Below, piece by piece: positions 30,648 to 41,300 of a stretch of 64,000 nucleotides of DNA; position 1 is the first letter of the stretch; each line of letters opens with the position of its first letter. A program made the position numbers and the translations under genes. The notes beneath the pieces were generated by a model. The model had not been told where the DNA came from. It searched no databases and saw only the letters and a program-made list of their open reading frames with translations. The stretch is from Candidatus Omnitrophota bacterium (lineage in GTDB: Bacteria > Omnitrophota > Gorgyraeia > Gorgyraeales > Gorgyraeaceae), in the NCBI GenBank assembly GCA_003485765.1, contig DNHS01000011.1, positions 9,929 to 73,928 of the forward strand. The letters are read 5' to 3'.

Positions 30648-31336
30648 AGACCTACGCTATCGGGGACATCCATGGCGCTTACAAGGCGTTGATGCAGTGT
30701 TTTAAGCGCGCGAAATTCGATTATATAAAAGACCGTCTGATTGTGATGGGCGATGTTTGTGATGGGTATCCGGACGTTAAGCAGTGCATTGATGAGCTTT
30801 TGAAAATTAAGCACTGCGATCTGGTCATTGGCAATCATGATATGTGGGCTCTGGACTGGGCTTTGCGCGGCGATAAGCCGGAGATATGGACGAGTCAGGG
30901 CGGTGACCGGACAATGGCGTCTTATAACGGCGGTCCCATGCCGCAGGCGCACATCGATTTCTTGAAGGGCGGACAACTCTGGATCGAGCGAGACGAACAG
31001 GTTTTTGTGCATGGCGGGTTTAATCCGGATATATCGCTTTCAAGTCATAGCGCGCAGGCATTGGTCTGGGATAGAAGGCTCCTTGACTTGGCATGGAAGA
31101 AGCAGGTAGACGGGCATAAATGTCAATTAGGCAAGTACAAGGACATATTCGTCGGCCACACGACCACCGAGCTTTACAACACGTTACAGCCGATCCATGT
31201 GTGTAATGTTTGGAATATCGATACCGGAGCTGGATGGTCAGGGAAGCTAACTATAATGGATGTTGATACAAAGGAATATTGGCAGGCAGATTTGACGCCG
31301 GATTTATACGGCGGAACGCCTGATAGGATAAAATAA
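30644..31336 (+). CDS. Calcineurin-like metallophosphoesterase (PPP/ApaH-like)
   Basis: GDIHG, GDVCDG, GNHD, FVHGG, GHT, IDTG. Confidence 0.9.
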   Translation: MKTYAIGDIHGAYKALMQCFKRAKFDYIKDRLIVMGDVCDGYPDVKQCIDELLKIKHCDLVIGNHDMWALDWALRGDKPEIWTSQGGDRTMASYNGGPMPQAHIDFLKGGQLWIERDEQVFVHGGFNPDISLSSHSAQALVWDRRLLDLAWKKQVDGHKCQLGKYKDIFVGHTTTELYNTLQPIHVCNVWNIDTGAGWSGKLTIMDVDTKEYWQADLTPDLYGGTPDRIK

Positions 31337-31339
31337 CGC

Positions 31340-31894
31340 ATGAATAGCAGAAAGACCATTCCTATTATCCACATTATCGGCTTGCCGGGTGCTGGGAAAA
31401 CGACATTATCTCGAAGATTAAGTAAGGTATTAAAAGTGCCGGTGATTCATATCGGTTACCATAGGGCGCGATTTCTACAGACGCCTATGGGTGAGGCCGA
31501 CGCGTGGATTGCGTTGTTTCGGGAGCTATCGCGGCGCCGATGGAAGAATTGTATACTCGAAACCACAGGGTTGAATCGTAGAGAAGAATTCCTAAGAACA
31601 GCATTGCCTTTTGAGCAGGTCTTTACGATCAAGTTGGACGCGTCTCGTAAGACCCTTGCCGCGCGTATTCGTAAAAAGAAGAAACGAGATCGAGGGGGCA
31701 GGTGGTTTTACGGTGCGGAATACCGGAATAAATATGAATTTGTCCGAAAGCTCTTCAAACACTTTCGTAAAATTCCCGCAAATTGTCGTATTAACACCAA
31801 CCGACTAACCAGTGCAGCGGTGTATCAGCTGGCACTCAAAGAAATCAATTTTATGGGATCAATTATGACGGTAAATCATAATCATTCATCTTAA
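31340..31894 (+). CDS. P-loop nucleoside/nucleotide kinase-like protein
   Basis: IIGLPGAGKTT Walker A, lid-type LAARIRKKKKR, C-terminal INT. Confidence 0.75.
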   Translation: MNSRKTIPIIHIIGLPGAGKTTLSRRLSKVLKVPVIHIGYHRARFLQTPMGEADAWIALFRELSRRRWKNCILETTGLNRREEFLRTALPFEQVFTIKLDASRKTLAARIRKKKKRDRGGRWFYGAEYRNKYEFVRKLFKHFRKIPANCRINTNRLTSAAVYQLALKEINFMGSIMTVNHNHSS

Positions 31895-31909
31895 AAATAT
31901 AGGCGATGA

Positions 31910-33130
31910 ATGAGAGCGACTTTACATAATATGTTTAAAAACAATGAGTTACAAAAAACAGTCTACATCCGTACCTTCGGTTGCCAGATGAATGAGCATG
32001 ATTCCGGCAGGTTAAAGGACTTGCTATTAGAGCGGGGTTATACCTTTTGCGATAGTCTGGAATTTGCGGATGTGGTTATTTTTAATACCTGCAGCGTCAG
32101 GAAACATGCTGAGGATAGGGTATATGGTAAGGTAGGGGAGCTCCAAAAATTAAAGGCCAAGAAACCAGGCCTTATAGTAGGCATTATCGGGTGTATGGCA
32201 GAGGCGCAGAAAGACGAGATTTTTAGAAGGCTTCCTATTGTAAATTTTTTATGCGGGCCAGCTGATTTAGATAATGTTCCCGGCATTATTGATAGAATTA
32301 AAAACGGCGCAGGCCGTATTATGTATCTGGAAGGCTATAAATCAAAAATAATCCCAGCCTTTTCCAGAAACAGAAAAACCGGCGAAACTGCGTATGTAAA
32401 AATAATGGAAGGCTGCGATAAATTTTGTTCATATTGCATAGTTCCTTATGTTCGGGGCATGGAAAGAAGCAGGCCATCAAAGGAGATTTTAGAAGAAATA
32501 GAGTCATTGATAAAAAAAGGCGCTAAAAATATTACACTATTAGGCCAGAATGTTAATTCATATGGCAAAGGCCTTCAGGAAAAAATCAATTTTGTCGCTC
32601 TCCTTACAAAAATAGATAAATTAACCTCTATCCATCCCAGGGGCGCCATCCCAGGGGCGCCATCCCAGGGGCGCGAAGGTGATATTAAAATAAGTTTTTT
32701 TACCAGCCATCCGAAGGATGCAAGCTTGGAATTATTCAGAGCAATAAGGGATCTAAAATCTATAGTAAAAATCTTGCATTTACCTATCCAGTCCGGCTCG
32801 GATAAAATACTAAAGAGAATGAATCGAAAATATACAGTAGCGAAATATAAAAAGCTCGCAGGTGATTACAAAAAAATTGTTAAAAGCGGCAATATCAGCG
32901 GAGATATTATTGTGGGTTTTCCGGGCGAGACAGAGAAAGATTTTAATGATACCTTTAATATAGTCAAAAAACTTCAATTTGACGCAGCTTATATCTTTAA
33001 ATATTCTCCCAGGCCTTTTACAAAAGCAGCTGGATTTAAAGATGACGTGAGCCTTGAAGAAAAAGAAAGGCGCCACACTTTGCTTCTAGATTTACAAAGA
33101 AGCATATTATTAAATAAAAAATGCCAGTAA
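31910..33130 (+). CDS. miaB: tRNA methylthiotransferase MiaB, lacking the C-terminal TRAM domain
   Basis: TFGCQMN, NTCSVR, GCMA, EGCDKFCSYCIVPYVRG, LLGQNVNSY, TSHP, IIVGFPGET; adjacent to miaA. Confidence 0.92.
   Translation: MRATLHNMFKNNELQKTVYIRTFGCQMNEHDSGRLKDLLLERGYTFCDSLEFADVVIFNTCSVRKHAEDRVYGKVGELQKLKAKKPGLIVGIIGCMAEAQKDEIFRRLPIVNFLCGPADLDNVPGIIDRIKNGAGRIMYLEGYKSKIIPAFSRNRKTGETAYVKIMEGCDKFCSYCIVPYVRGMERSRPSKEILEEIESLIKKGAKNITLLGQNVNSYGKGLQEKINFVALLTKIDKLTSIHPRGAIPGAPSQGREGDIKISFFTSHPKDASLELFRAIRDLKSIVKILHLPIQSGSDKILKRMNRKYTVAKYKKLAGDYKKIVKSGNISGDIIVGFPGETEKDFNDTFNIVKKLQFDAAYIFKYSPRPFTKAAGFKDDVSLEEKERRHTLLLDLQRSILLNKKCQ
32632..32673 (+). repeat. Perfect tandem repeat (CCATCCCAGGGGCG)x3 inside miaB
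   Basis: 14-bp unit at 32632, 32646 and 32660; 42 bp in total keeps the frame. Confidence 0.92.
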
Positions 33131-33999
33131 TATTTTTAATAGGCCCTACAGCCTCAGGGAAAACCAGCCTGTCTTTAAAACTTGCGCGAAAGTTAAATGC
33201 CGAGATTATCTCCTGCGATTCAATGTGTGTCTATAAAGGCATGAATATACTTACCTCTAAACCTTCTGCGGACGACATGGAAAAAGTAAAACATCATCTT
33301 ATAGACATAATTCAGCCCACTAGAGAATTTAGCGTTGCTGAATACCGCTCTATGGCGCTTGAAAAAATAGAAGAGATTCTGAAGCGCAAAAAAAACCCTT
33401 TATTTGTTGGCGGCAGCGGCTTGTATATCAAAGCTGTTATAGATGGCCTTTTCCCATCAGCTGAAAAAGATCTAAGGTTTAGAAAAAAACAGGAGGCCCT
33501 TGCCGAGAAATACGGCAAAAGCTATTTATATAAAAAATTGTGGAAAATAGATTCTGATCGAGCTAAAAAAATACATCCAAATGACTTAAGGCGCGTTATA
33601 AGAGCGCTTGAAATTTACCATACGGAAAAAAAGCGGCCTTCTGAATTAGCGATAGATACAAAGCCGTTGAAATATGACTTTAAAATCTTTGGCCTCAAGC
33701 TTGATAGAGATGAACTTTACAAAAATATAGATGATAGAGTATATCAGATGTTTAAAAAGGGCATTGTTGAAGAGGTAAGAAAGCTTTCCAAGAAAAAACT
33801 TAGCATGACCAGCCAGAAGGCATTGGGGTATGGTGAAGTTTTGGGCTATTTAAAAGGCGAATATTCTCTGGAAGATGCCAAAGAGCTTCTTAAGAAAAAC
33901 ACCCGTCATTTTGCCAAAAAACAGCTGACCTGGTTCCGTCCCGACCGCCGCATAATCTGGGCCTCTAACTTTACAACTGGTGCCTGGCACCATTTGTAA
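33121..33999 (+). CDS. miaA: tRNA dimethylallyltransferase
   Basis: GPTASGKT, DSMCVY, HHLID, VGGSGLY, RVIRALE, TRHFAKKQLTWF. Confidence 0.96.
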   Translation: MPVIFLIGPTASGKTSLSLKLARKLNAEIISCDSMCVYKGMNILTSKPSADDMEKVKHHLIDIIQPTREFSVAEYRSMALEKIEEILKRKKNPLFVGGSGLYIKAVIDGLFPSAEKDLRFRKKQEALAEKYGKSYLYKKLWKIDSDRAKKIHPNDLRRVIRALEIYHTEKKRPSELAIDTKPLKYDFKIFGLKLDRDELYKNIDDRVYQMFKKGIVEEVRKLSKKKLSMTSQKALGYGEVLGYLKGEYSLEDAKELLKKNTRHFAKKQLTWFRPDRRIIWASNFTTGAWHHL

Positions 34000-34005
34000 A
34001 GTTAG
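33965..34005. repeat. REP-like palindrome (copy 5, different core), contains the miaA stop codon
   Basis: CTAACTTTACAA-C-TGGTGCC-T-GGCACCA-T-TTGTAAAGTTAG. Confidence 0.82.
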
Positions 34006-34027
34006 GGATGGGTAAGGGGTTATTGGT

Positions 34028-35257
34028 ATGGAAAAAGCGGTATTAGTGACAGTTGATATGAATGAAAGGTTCGAGTGGCCGCTGGAGGCAAGGGCTGCGG
34101 AGCTCAAAGAACTCGCGTGTTCTAGCGGCGCATCTGTAGTGGCCGAGATATTGTGCCACAAGGAAAAACCTTCCCCTGATTTATTTATAGGTAAAGGTAA
34201 GTTTGAAGAATTATGCCAGCTTGTTTACCAGAAAAAGGCAAATCTAGTGATATTTAATAATGACCTTACGCCTACTCAGCTTAGGAATATAGAAAAAGGC
34301 ATGGCTGATATCAGGACTATTGACAGGACCCAGCTTATACTGGATATTTTTGCTAAGAATGCCAGGAGCGTAGAGGGCAAAGTCCAGATAGAACTGGCGC
34401 AGTTAGAATATTTACTGCCGCGGCTTACAGGAAAAGGCATTCATCTGTCCAGGCTTGGAGGCGGCATAGGCACCAGGGGCCCTGGAGAAAAGTTATTGGA
34501 ATATGACCGCCGTAAGATCAAGCGCAGTATCTTAAAATTGAAAGAAAAATTGGGAGACATAGAGAAAAGGCGGACAGCTTTACGCAAAAGACGCAGTGAA
34601 GCAATGCTTACAACAGTAGCGATCATAGGCTATACAAACGCAGGCAAAACAACTCTTTTAAATCAATTGACCAATTCTAAAAATCTGGTCGCGAACCGGC
34701 TTTTCAGCACTCTTGACCCGGTTGCAAGGAGTTATACGCTTCCGAATAATCAGAAGGTTCTGTTTTTGGATACGGTCGGGTTTTTGCATAACCTGCCGCA
34801 TCATCTTGTAGAGGCGTTTAAGTCAACGCTTGAAGAAGTAAAGATGGCTGATATACTTTTGCACGTATTGGATGCCTCAAGTGAAAAAATCCACGAGCAG
34901 GATGAGGCTGTATATAAGGTATTAAAAGAATTAGAGGCGGAAAATAAAATTGTTATAGAAGTGCTGAATAAAATAGATCTTGTGGACAGCCCGGATCGCA
35001 TAAACCGCCTGAAAAAAGATTTTGAAAAATCTACGCTCGTGTCCAGTTTGACAGGCCTAGGCATGCCCATGCTCATAGAAGAGATATCTCAACTGCTTTC
35101 AGGCCTTGTCACTGATATCAAAATAGACGTACCCAACAACAGAATGGATTTGGTAAACTTAATTTATGAGAATGGCAAGGTGAATTACAGAGAAGACAGA
35201 CTAGAATCAGTTTACCTGGAAGCAACTATCCCAGTTCGCCTAAAGCATTTAATATAA
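34028..35257 (+). CDS. hflX: GTPase HflX
   Basis: GKGK, DRTQLILDIF, GTRGPGE, GYTNAGKT, DTVGF, NKID. Confidence 0.97.
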   Translation: MEKAVLVTVDMNERFEWPLEARAAELKELACSSGASVVAEILCHKEKPSPDLFIGKGKFEELCQLVYQKKANLVIFNNDLTPTQLRNIEKGMADIRTIDRTQLILDIFAKNARSVEGKVQIELAQLEYLLPRLTGKGIHLSRLGGGIGTRGPGEKLLEYDRRKIKRSILKLKEKLGDIEKRRTALRKRRSEAMLTTVAIIGYTNAGKTTLLNQLTNSKNLVANRLFSTLDPVARSYTLPNNQKVLFLDTVGFLHNLPHHLVEAFKSTLEEVKMADILLHVLDASSEKIHEQDEAVYKVLKELEAENKIVIEVLNKIDLVDSPDRINRLKKDFEKSTLVSSLTGLGMPMLIEEISQLLSGLVTDIKIDVPNNRMDLVNLIYENGKVNYREDRLESVYLEATIPVRLKHLI

Positions 35258-35270
35258 CCCCCCCCTGCTA

Positions 35271-35299
35271 TTGACAACATTGATAATATAGTGTATAAT
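35271..35299 (+). promoter_or_regulatory. Consensus sigma70 promoter upstream of the giant ORF
   Basis: TTGACA (35271-35276), 17 nt, TATAAT (35294-35299). Confidence 0.8.
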
Positions 35300-35393
35300 A
35301 TTACAATAGTAGTTGTTTATTTCTAAAATAAATGTATTTAAAAAGTATTTAAAATAAGTTTATTTATGCAATAATAAAAAACCATGAGTAATT

Positions 35394-38300
35394 ATGTTAG
35401 ACTGGCAGAATAAAACCTGGATTAAGATAATATCAACAGTTCTTATAGTGGCTTTTCTTACATATGACATAGCCTGGGCAACGGACTTTACCCCTCTCCA
35501 GAAAAAACAATACACTTCAAGAAGCCTATTTAAGAATAAAAAAGTCGATCAGACTACCATAAGCTCCCAGAATGAACAAAGCCTAGAAACAATAAAAGAC
35601 GCTCTATCTCATAAAAAGAATAATAATACAAAAGATTCTATATATCACAAAGACTCTACTCTTAGCTTAAAAGCTTCTTATATTAATGATATAGCTAATA
35701 TATATATCAATGATACTCTTGGTAAAGTAATAGATTCTTACACTTCTCCTAATTCAAAAGGAACAGTAATCCATATCCAGGATCTCCACACTAACCCAGA
35801 AGCATCTCTTAACTTAGCAAATATCTTAGAGATTCTGATCAAAGATTATGATCTTAACTTAGTCTGTTCAGAAGGAGCAAGTGGAATAGTAGACACATCT
35901 AGTGTATCAAACTTCCCAGATAAAGATGTAAGGGAAAAAGTCGCTCGAGTCTTTATTAACTCAGGAGAGCTTACAGGAGAAGAGTATCTATCTATAACTA
36001 AATATCCCAATCTACCTATCTGGGGCATAGAAGATAAGGATACATACTTCCAGCATATCATAGAATTCAATAAGATAATAAAGTTCTCCAAAGATGCCCT
36101 GAATCTTATAAATCAAATAAAAGATGAGTTAAATAACCTAAAGCCAAAGATATATTCAAAAGCTCTACTAGACCTAGATTCCAAAGAAATTGAATACCAA
36201 GAATCTAAATTAGATACTACTAAATACCTGGAGTATCTATTAAACTTAGCTAAAGAGATTACTTCGGAAGCCACCTCTAAAAGTTCTCCTCGCAATGACA
36301 TAAGCCTATCTAACTATAAGAATATAACTATCTTTAAAGAAACCCTGAACCTTGAAAAGACAATAGACCAATCTAAGATTATAAAAGAGTCTCAAGAGAT
36401 CCTATCAAGCCTCCAATCTATCTTAAAAGATAAGGACAATAAAAATGAATTAAAGTCATTATCAATAAAAGCATCTCTATTCAAAGATAAGAAAATCTCC
36501 CCATTCTCATTCTATAGCTACTTGGATGAATTAGCCCGCCGACACATAAAAGACTTAGATAGCTATACTAACTTAATTAACTTCGTATCATATTTAAAGA
36601 AAATAAACTCCCTTGATTCCAATAAGCTCTTTAATGAAATAGAAGAACTCACCTTTGATATAAAAGACCTTATCTCAGACAACCCTAACCAGAAACTCCT
36701 CACTAAAGCCTTAAGGAACATACATTTCTTAGAAAGCTTCTTTAATCTCAAAGTCTCGAATGAAGAATTAGAATATTATCTTAAAGATAAGGATAGCTTC
36801 AAAGTAACATTCTTTGAAAGCTACTTAAAAGAAAACCTTCAAAAATACAATATAGATTCTTTCATAAATTATAACCCAGACCTAATAGATAAAAACCTAC
36901 CAGATCTCGAGAACTTCTACGGACTTGCCCATAAAAGAGACCTGGCAATGTTTAATAACACAACAAGCGAGATAGAAACTCGTAAACCTAAATTAACAGC
37001 CCTGATAGCAGGCGGATTCCACACCCAAGGCATAACAAAGCTCTTAAAAGACAATAACTATTCTTATGTAGTTATCTCGCCATATTCAAAGACAACTATA
37101 GATGAAGAGAACTATAGAAACTTATTGGCAGGGAAAAGAAAACCACTTAAAGAACTGATAAAAGGGCTTAATGAGAAATTAAGGCCTCTTATGGGGTTTG
37201 TTAATAGAGGGGTTAGAAAGGATTATAATAATCAAGTACCCCCTACTCTTAGGGTATTAGGCATAATTATTGCTGAAGCGCAGCCTCTTGCAGAAAGAGT
37301 TACGATGCTGCTAGCTGTAGCAGGAGGGCAAACAACAGAGCCCGTTACTACTTTAGCAGCTATAGCTCCTGATCTACACACAGTTGTTACTTCTACAGAA
37401 TCTGTTCTACCTGATGTAAGAATAGAAGGCATTAAACCAGAGGTTACAGCCACAGTACCTCTTGCATACAGTAGCGCTGATCTCACAATGACAGATCCTC
37501 TTGAAGCAGTTTTACCTTCAGCAACGTCTACTTCAAGGGTAGAGGCTGCGGTTGTTTCTTTAACTGATGAAACTTCTGCGTCGTATACTACTACCACGCA
37601 AGTTTTTGCTCCACCAGGAGCTGTTACAACAACAATGCAAGAACAATTAGCTATACTGCCACCAGAAGAAGTTGTAACATTTACAGGCCCAACCATTGGC
37701 CGTACCAGCATATCTACTGTGACCAGCGCAGCTGCTTTACCTAAAGCGAAAACGGTTGTTTCAACAGTGACTACCGCGGTTGCAGGCGCTAGTGTCATGT
37801 TTTTCCAGCAGCAAGGAACTAATGAGCCATTTTCAACTGCATTTTTATTATCAGCAATAGCAGTTGGGATTATTTCGATTGCCTTGTTAGTATTTGTGTT
37901 GTGGCATTCGAAACGCGCCCAGGAGATAGACGAAGTAGAACATTTCTTTAACGAAGAAGCCTATGATAGCGACTCTATTATCGTACCTCTAGATAGGGGC
38001 GAAATAGTTAAAAAGGCGCCTTTTATTATCATGACTATTTTGGCTTGGATTTATTTTGCAGCACACTTAGAGATGTCCCATAAATTTGTATGGTTATTAT
38101 TGATTGTTTCGTTAGGATTCTATGGAGGAGGAGTTTTATCTAATATTATTGAACCTTTGTTGTCAGAGCATATGGAATCGCGCGATTTTAAATCGTTACG
38201 TGGCGCTAATCCTGCTGATCTATTTCAGCTTGCCAATGCTATAGTATCCTATGGGATTATAGGTTACTTCATGGGCCCGGTAATGAATTTAGATACATTT

Positions 38301-41300
38301 CCAGCCATTGTCTTAGGTATCGCTGTTGGTTTACTTTTTTATAGATTTCATATTTATCATCATTTTATTGAGAGATATTTCAAAGCCTATACAAAATTTA
38401 AAAATGACCCATATAGCATTGCGATAACAAATGGCCAACCTATGCCGTTATGGCTGAGCCCATTGTATAAAATCTATGATGTTGCATTTTATATATTGGG
38501 GATTTTTGAAGTTTTGCTGCCTATACTGGCTGTGAAAACCCTTATATCTCCAGCTATGGAAGGAGCTATATTACCATTGGATTCAGGCTCTCCACAACTG
38601 GCGCTTTTTGCTGGGACTATATTGGCGTCTTTCAAGTCAGCAGGGACGCGTATATCGCACTGGAAATCTGATTTGTCCGCAGTTTTAAGAACTCATGTAA
38701 AGTTACTCCCAATCGTTTTAATTATTCTGGCTTCCGGGCTTAATCTTGTATTCGGGGTTGCTATGCAAAGCCAGGGAGGGGGATTGCAGTTTGAGTTGTT
38801 GTTTCCGATACTCGCATTTATCTCAGCAGTGTCGGTATTTATCTGGCTCTCATGGAAACTCCCTGACGGTCTGCCTAAACCCATGATTATGTTTTTTGCA
38901 GCTGCTGCGGCGTATATAGTTGTGGGCTATGGCCTGCCATTGCTCATTTACAATGCGCATGTTTTTGCTTATGGCCTTGGAGTGCCTGGGTTACCTACGC
39001 CATGGCCAACAGGCACGCCAATACCTACATTAACACCTGTACCGACATGGACGCCTACTATGACACCAACCGCGACTTCTACGCCCCTACCTACTTTTAC
39101 ACCAGTTCCATCGTCTACTCCTTTTGCACCAGGGTCGACATTACAACCGCCTTTGATTGACCAAAGCCAAGGCGATTTTATGGGTCCTGTGTGGAGCGCA
39201 TTAGCTATAGCAGGGTTCTATATGTTTATGTGTGTTACAGCTCTCATTGAATTTGGCAAGAGCCTGTCTATACGGGCCAAGGCAGGTATCGTGGTTATTC
39301 CAGTATTACTGATGTGGCTCGCAGTATATTATCTGGATCCTGCGCTTGCTCTGGCGCTAAATCAGCTCTGGTCAGACCTCTGGCTTTCATTAACTACTGG
39401 TTTAACAGGCAGTCTGCTGGAACCAGGCACTTCACAACTAGCGCTTTCTGCGGGAACTACATTGGCAGTTTCTGCGGCATTATTAGGCAAAACTCATAAA
39501 AGCATTGATGAAATTGAAAAAGTCGTGTTATCCGGCGCACTTGAGCCTGGTCAGCGCGTGGAACTTATGCTGGAGATGGCTGGGCTGCTCAAAGCAGCTG
39601 ATAATGAAGCAGGGGGCGCTTCAGATACAGGTGAACAACTCCCATTGTTTGAAGCTGAAACATTGACATCGCCAGCGCGCCTTGTTATCGAAACACAAGA
39701 AGGAAAAAGTTTGTATGACACAGCCAGAGAAAAAATAGTTGCGCCTTTTCTTGATGCGCTCTCTGGATGGATTCAAGTTATACAGCAGGGGCCAACTAAC
39801 ATGCCTAAAGGATTAGGTAGATTAGTCGGAGATGCCAGGAATATTTTTGGGCTAAGTGAAGTAATCGGCCATCGCAGCCGCCAAGATTTAGATACAATGT
39901 GGCAGAAAGATAAGCCTGATCCATTTTTGTTATGGACAAATTGGGAGCAGTATAAAGATACTTCTGATAGTAAAGACATTTTACTGCGCGATGCAATAGC
40001 AATGAGGCTTTGGGAAATGCTTATAGGCTTGATAAATACAAGGCTCGTTAAGCTTGAGAAAGATTTTCTTAATGAAGAAGCTGAACATAATCTTAAGGAT
40101 GCAGAACTTAAGCTAATGGATCCTAATGCAAAAACAATAGCTCATTTTCCTCAGATGTCTAGTATCAGAGCTCAAATAAATGGCCTGGCTGCAGCTCGTA
40201 AGGCCATTGTGTTATCCGGGCCAGCTGAATTATACAAGATGTTAACAGCGATAAAATTAGGAAAAAGTTCTGAATGGACTTTAACTCAAAGAAATCATGT
40301 TAAAGAGTTTTTGAACCAACATATTGACGGAGGAGTATATCAGATTAAGCTAATAAGAATATTAGAAGTTCTTAATGAATGGCAAGAAGAACATTTTGTT
40401 GTTATATCTGCGCCCAGCGAAATGCAGCCTATAGCTTTAATCAACCAGCGCCTGGCCGCGTTGTTTGATCCTGCGACGTTTGCTGAAGGGCTGCGGCTGG
40501 TTGCTGCGACAGTTACAGATGCTCAAGGCTTTACCAAGCGCCTTGCAATTGTAATTCAGGCTGTAGTAGGGGATGGAGCAGGTGAAAAGGCTCAGATGAA
40601 CCGTAAAGCTATAGCTATTGCCTTGGTTGGATTGTTAGAGCAATCTAATCCTCAAACTGCTATTGTTCTCGTTGCACAGACCATAAGAGCGCTTGTCGAG
40701 GACAAGCCAGGTCTGGCCTATGATTTGGCAGGCGATTTAGCTGGACTTTCTCCAGAGCGTTTTAATCAGGTGGTAGATGGGAATATTGAAGTGCTTGGCA
40801 ATATTATGAATGCGCTGGGATGGGGGCAACTTCCTGCTTTAAATCAGTCAGAGGCAGTAATTAATAAGATGGAGCAGGTGGAGTTGAATGCTGATCCAAT
40901 CGATGCGCTTACAAGCGGGCCATTGGATGATGTTTTTTTTCAACAGCTCAATGCAGAACTCAGTCCGGAGACGCGCAAGACAATCAGGCGGATTCCTAGC
41001 CTGGCAGCTTTCCTGCTTGGCTTGAAACCTATTTTCTACAATTCCCGCAATAATCCAAACATCCACCGCGTGGTGTTGAACATGATAGAGGCGCCCAGTG
41101 TGCAGAAGAGGCTGGCTGCCGGACAGTGGTCTATGTCCCAATCACCATGGCGTGGTATTATACTGGCTTCCAGGGATTGGATCAGTCAGATTGACGACGT
41201 GCTGAAGATAGCGTTGGCTGATGCCAACCGTGAGGCTCTAGCCAAACAGGTGTTTGATGCGGCGGGTGAATTCTTTGCCAGAACGCATGGCAACCCGCTT

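Larger units (their letters stand above)
28961..31990. mobile_element. Integrase-less genomic islet inserted in the 5' end of miaB
   Basis: Bounded by two GG.TG.CAGATG (GCQM) junctions; carries four accessory genes with visibly more CG-rich codons than the flanks; no recombinase seen. Confidence 0.6.

Noticed and set aside
35258-35265. C8 homopolymer just upstream of the giant gene's -35 box
   Set aside because: It is outside the -35/-10 spacer, so a phase-variation role is not supported without read-level length variation.
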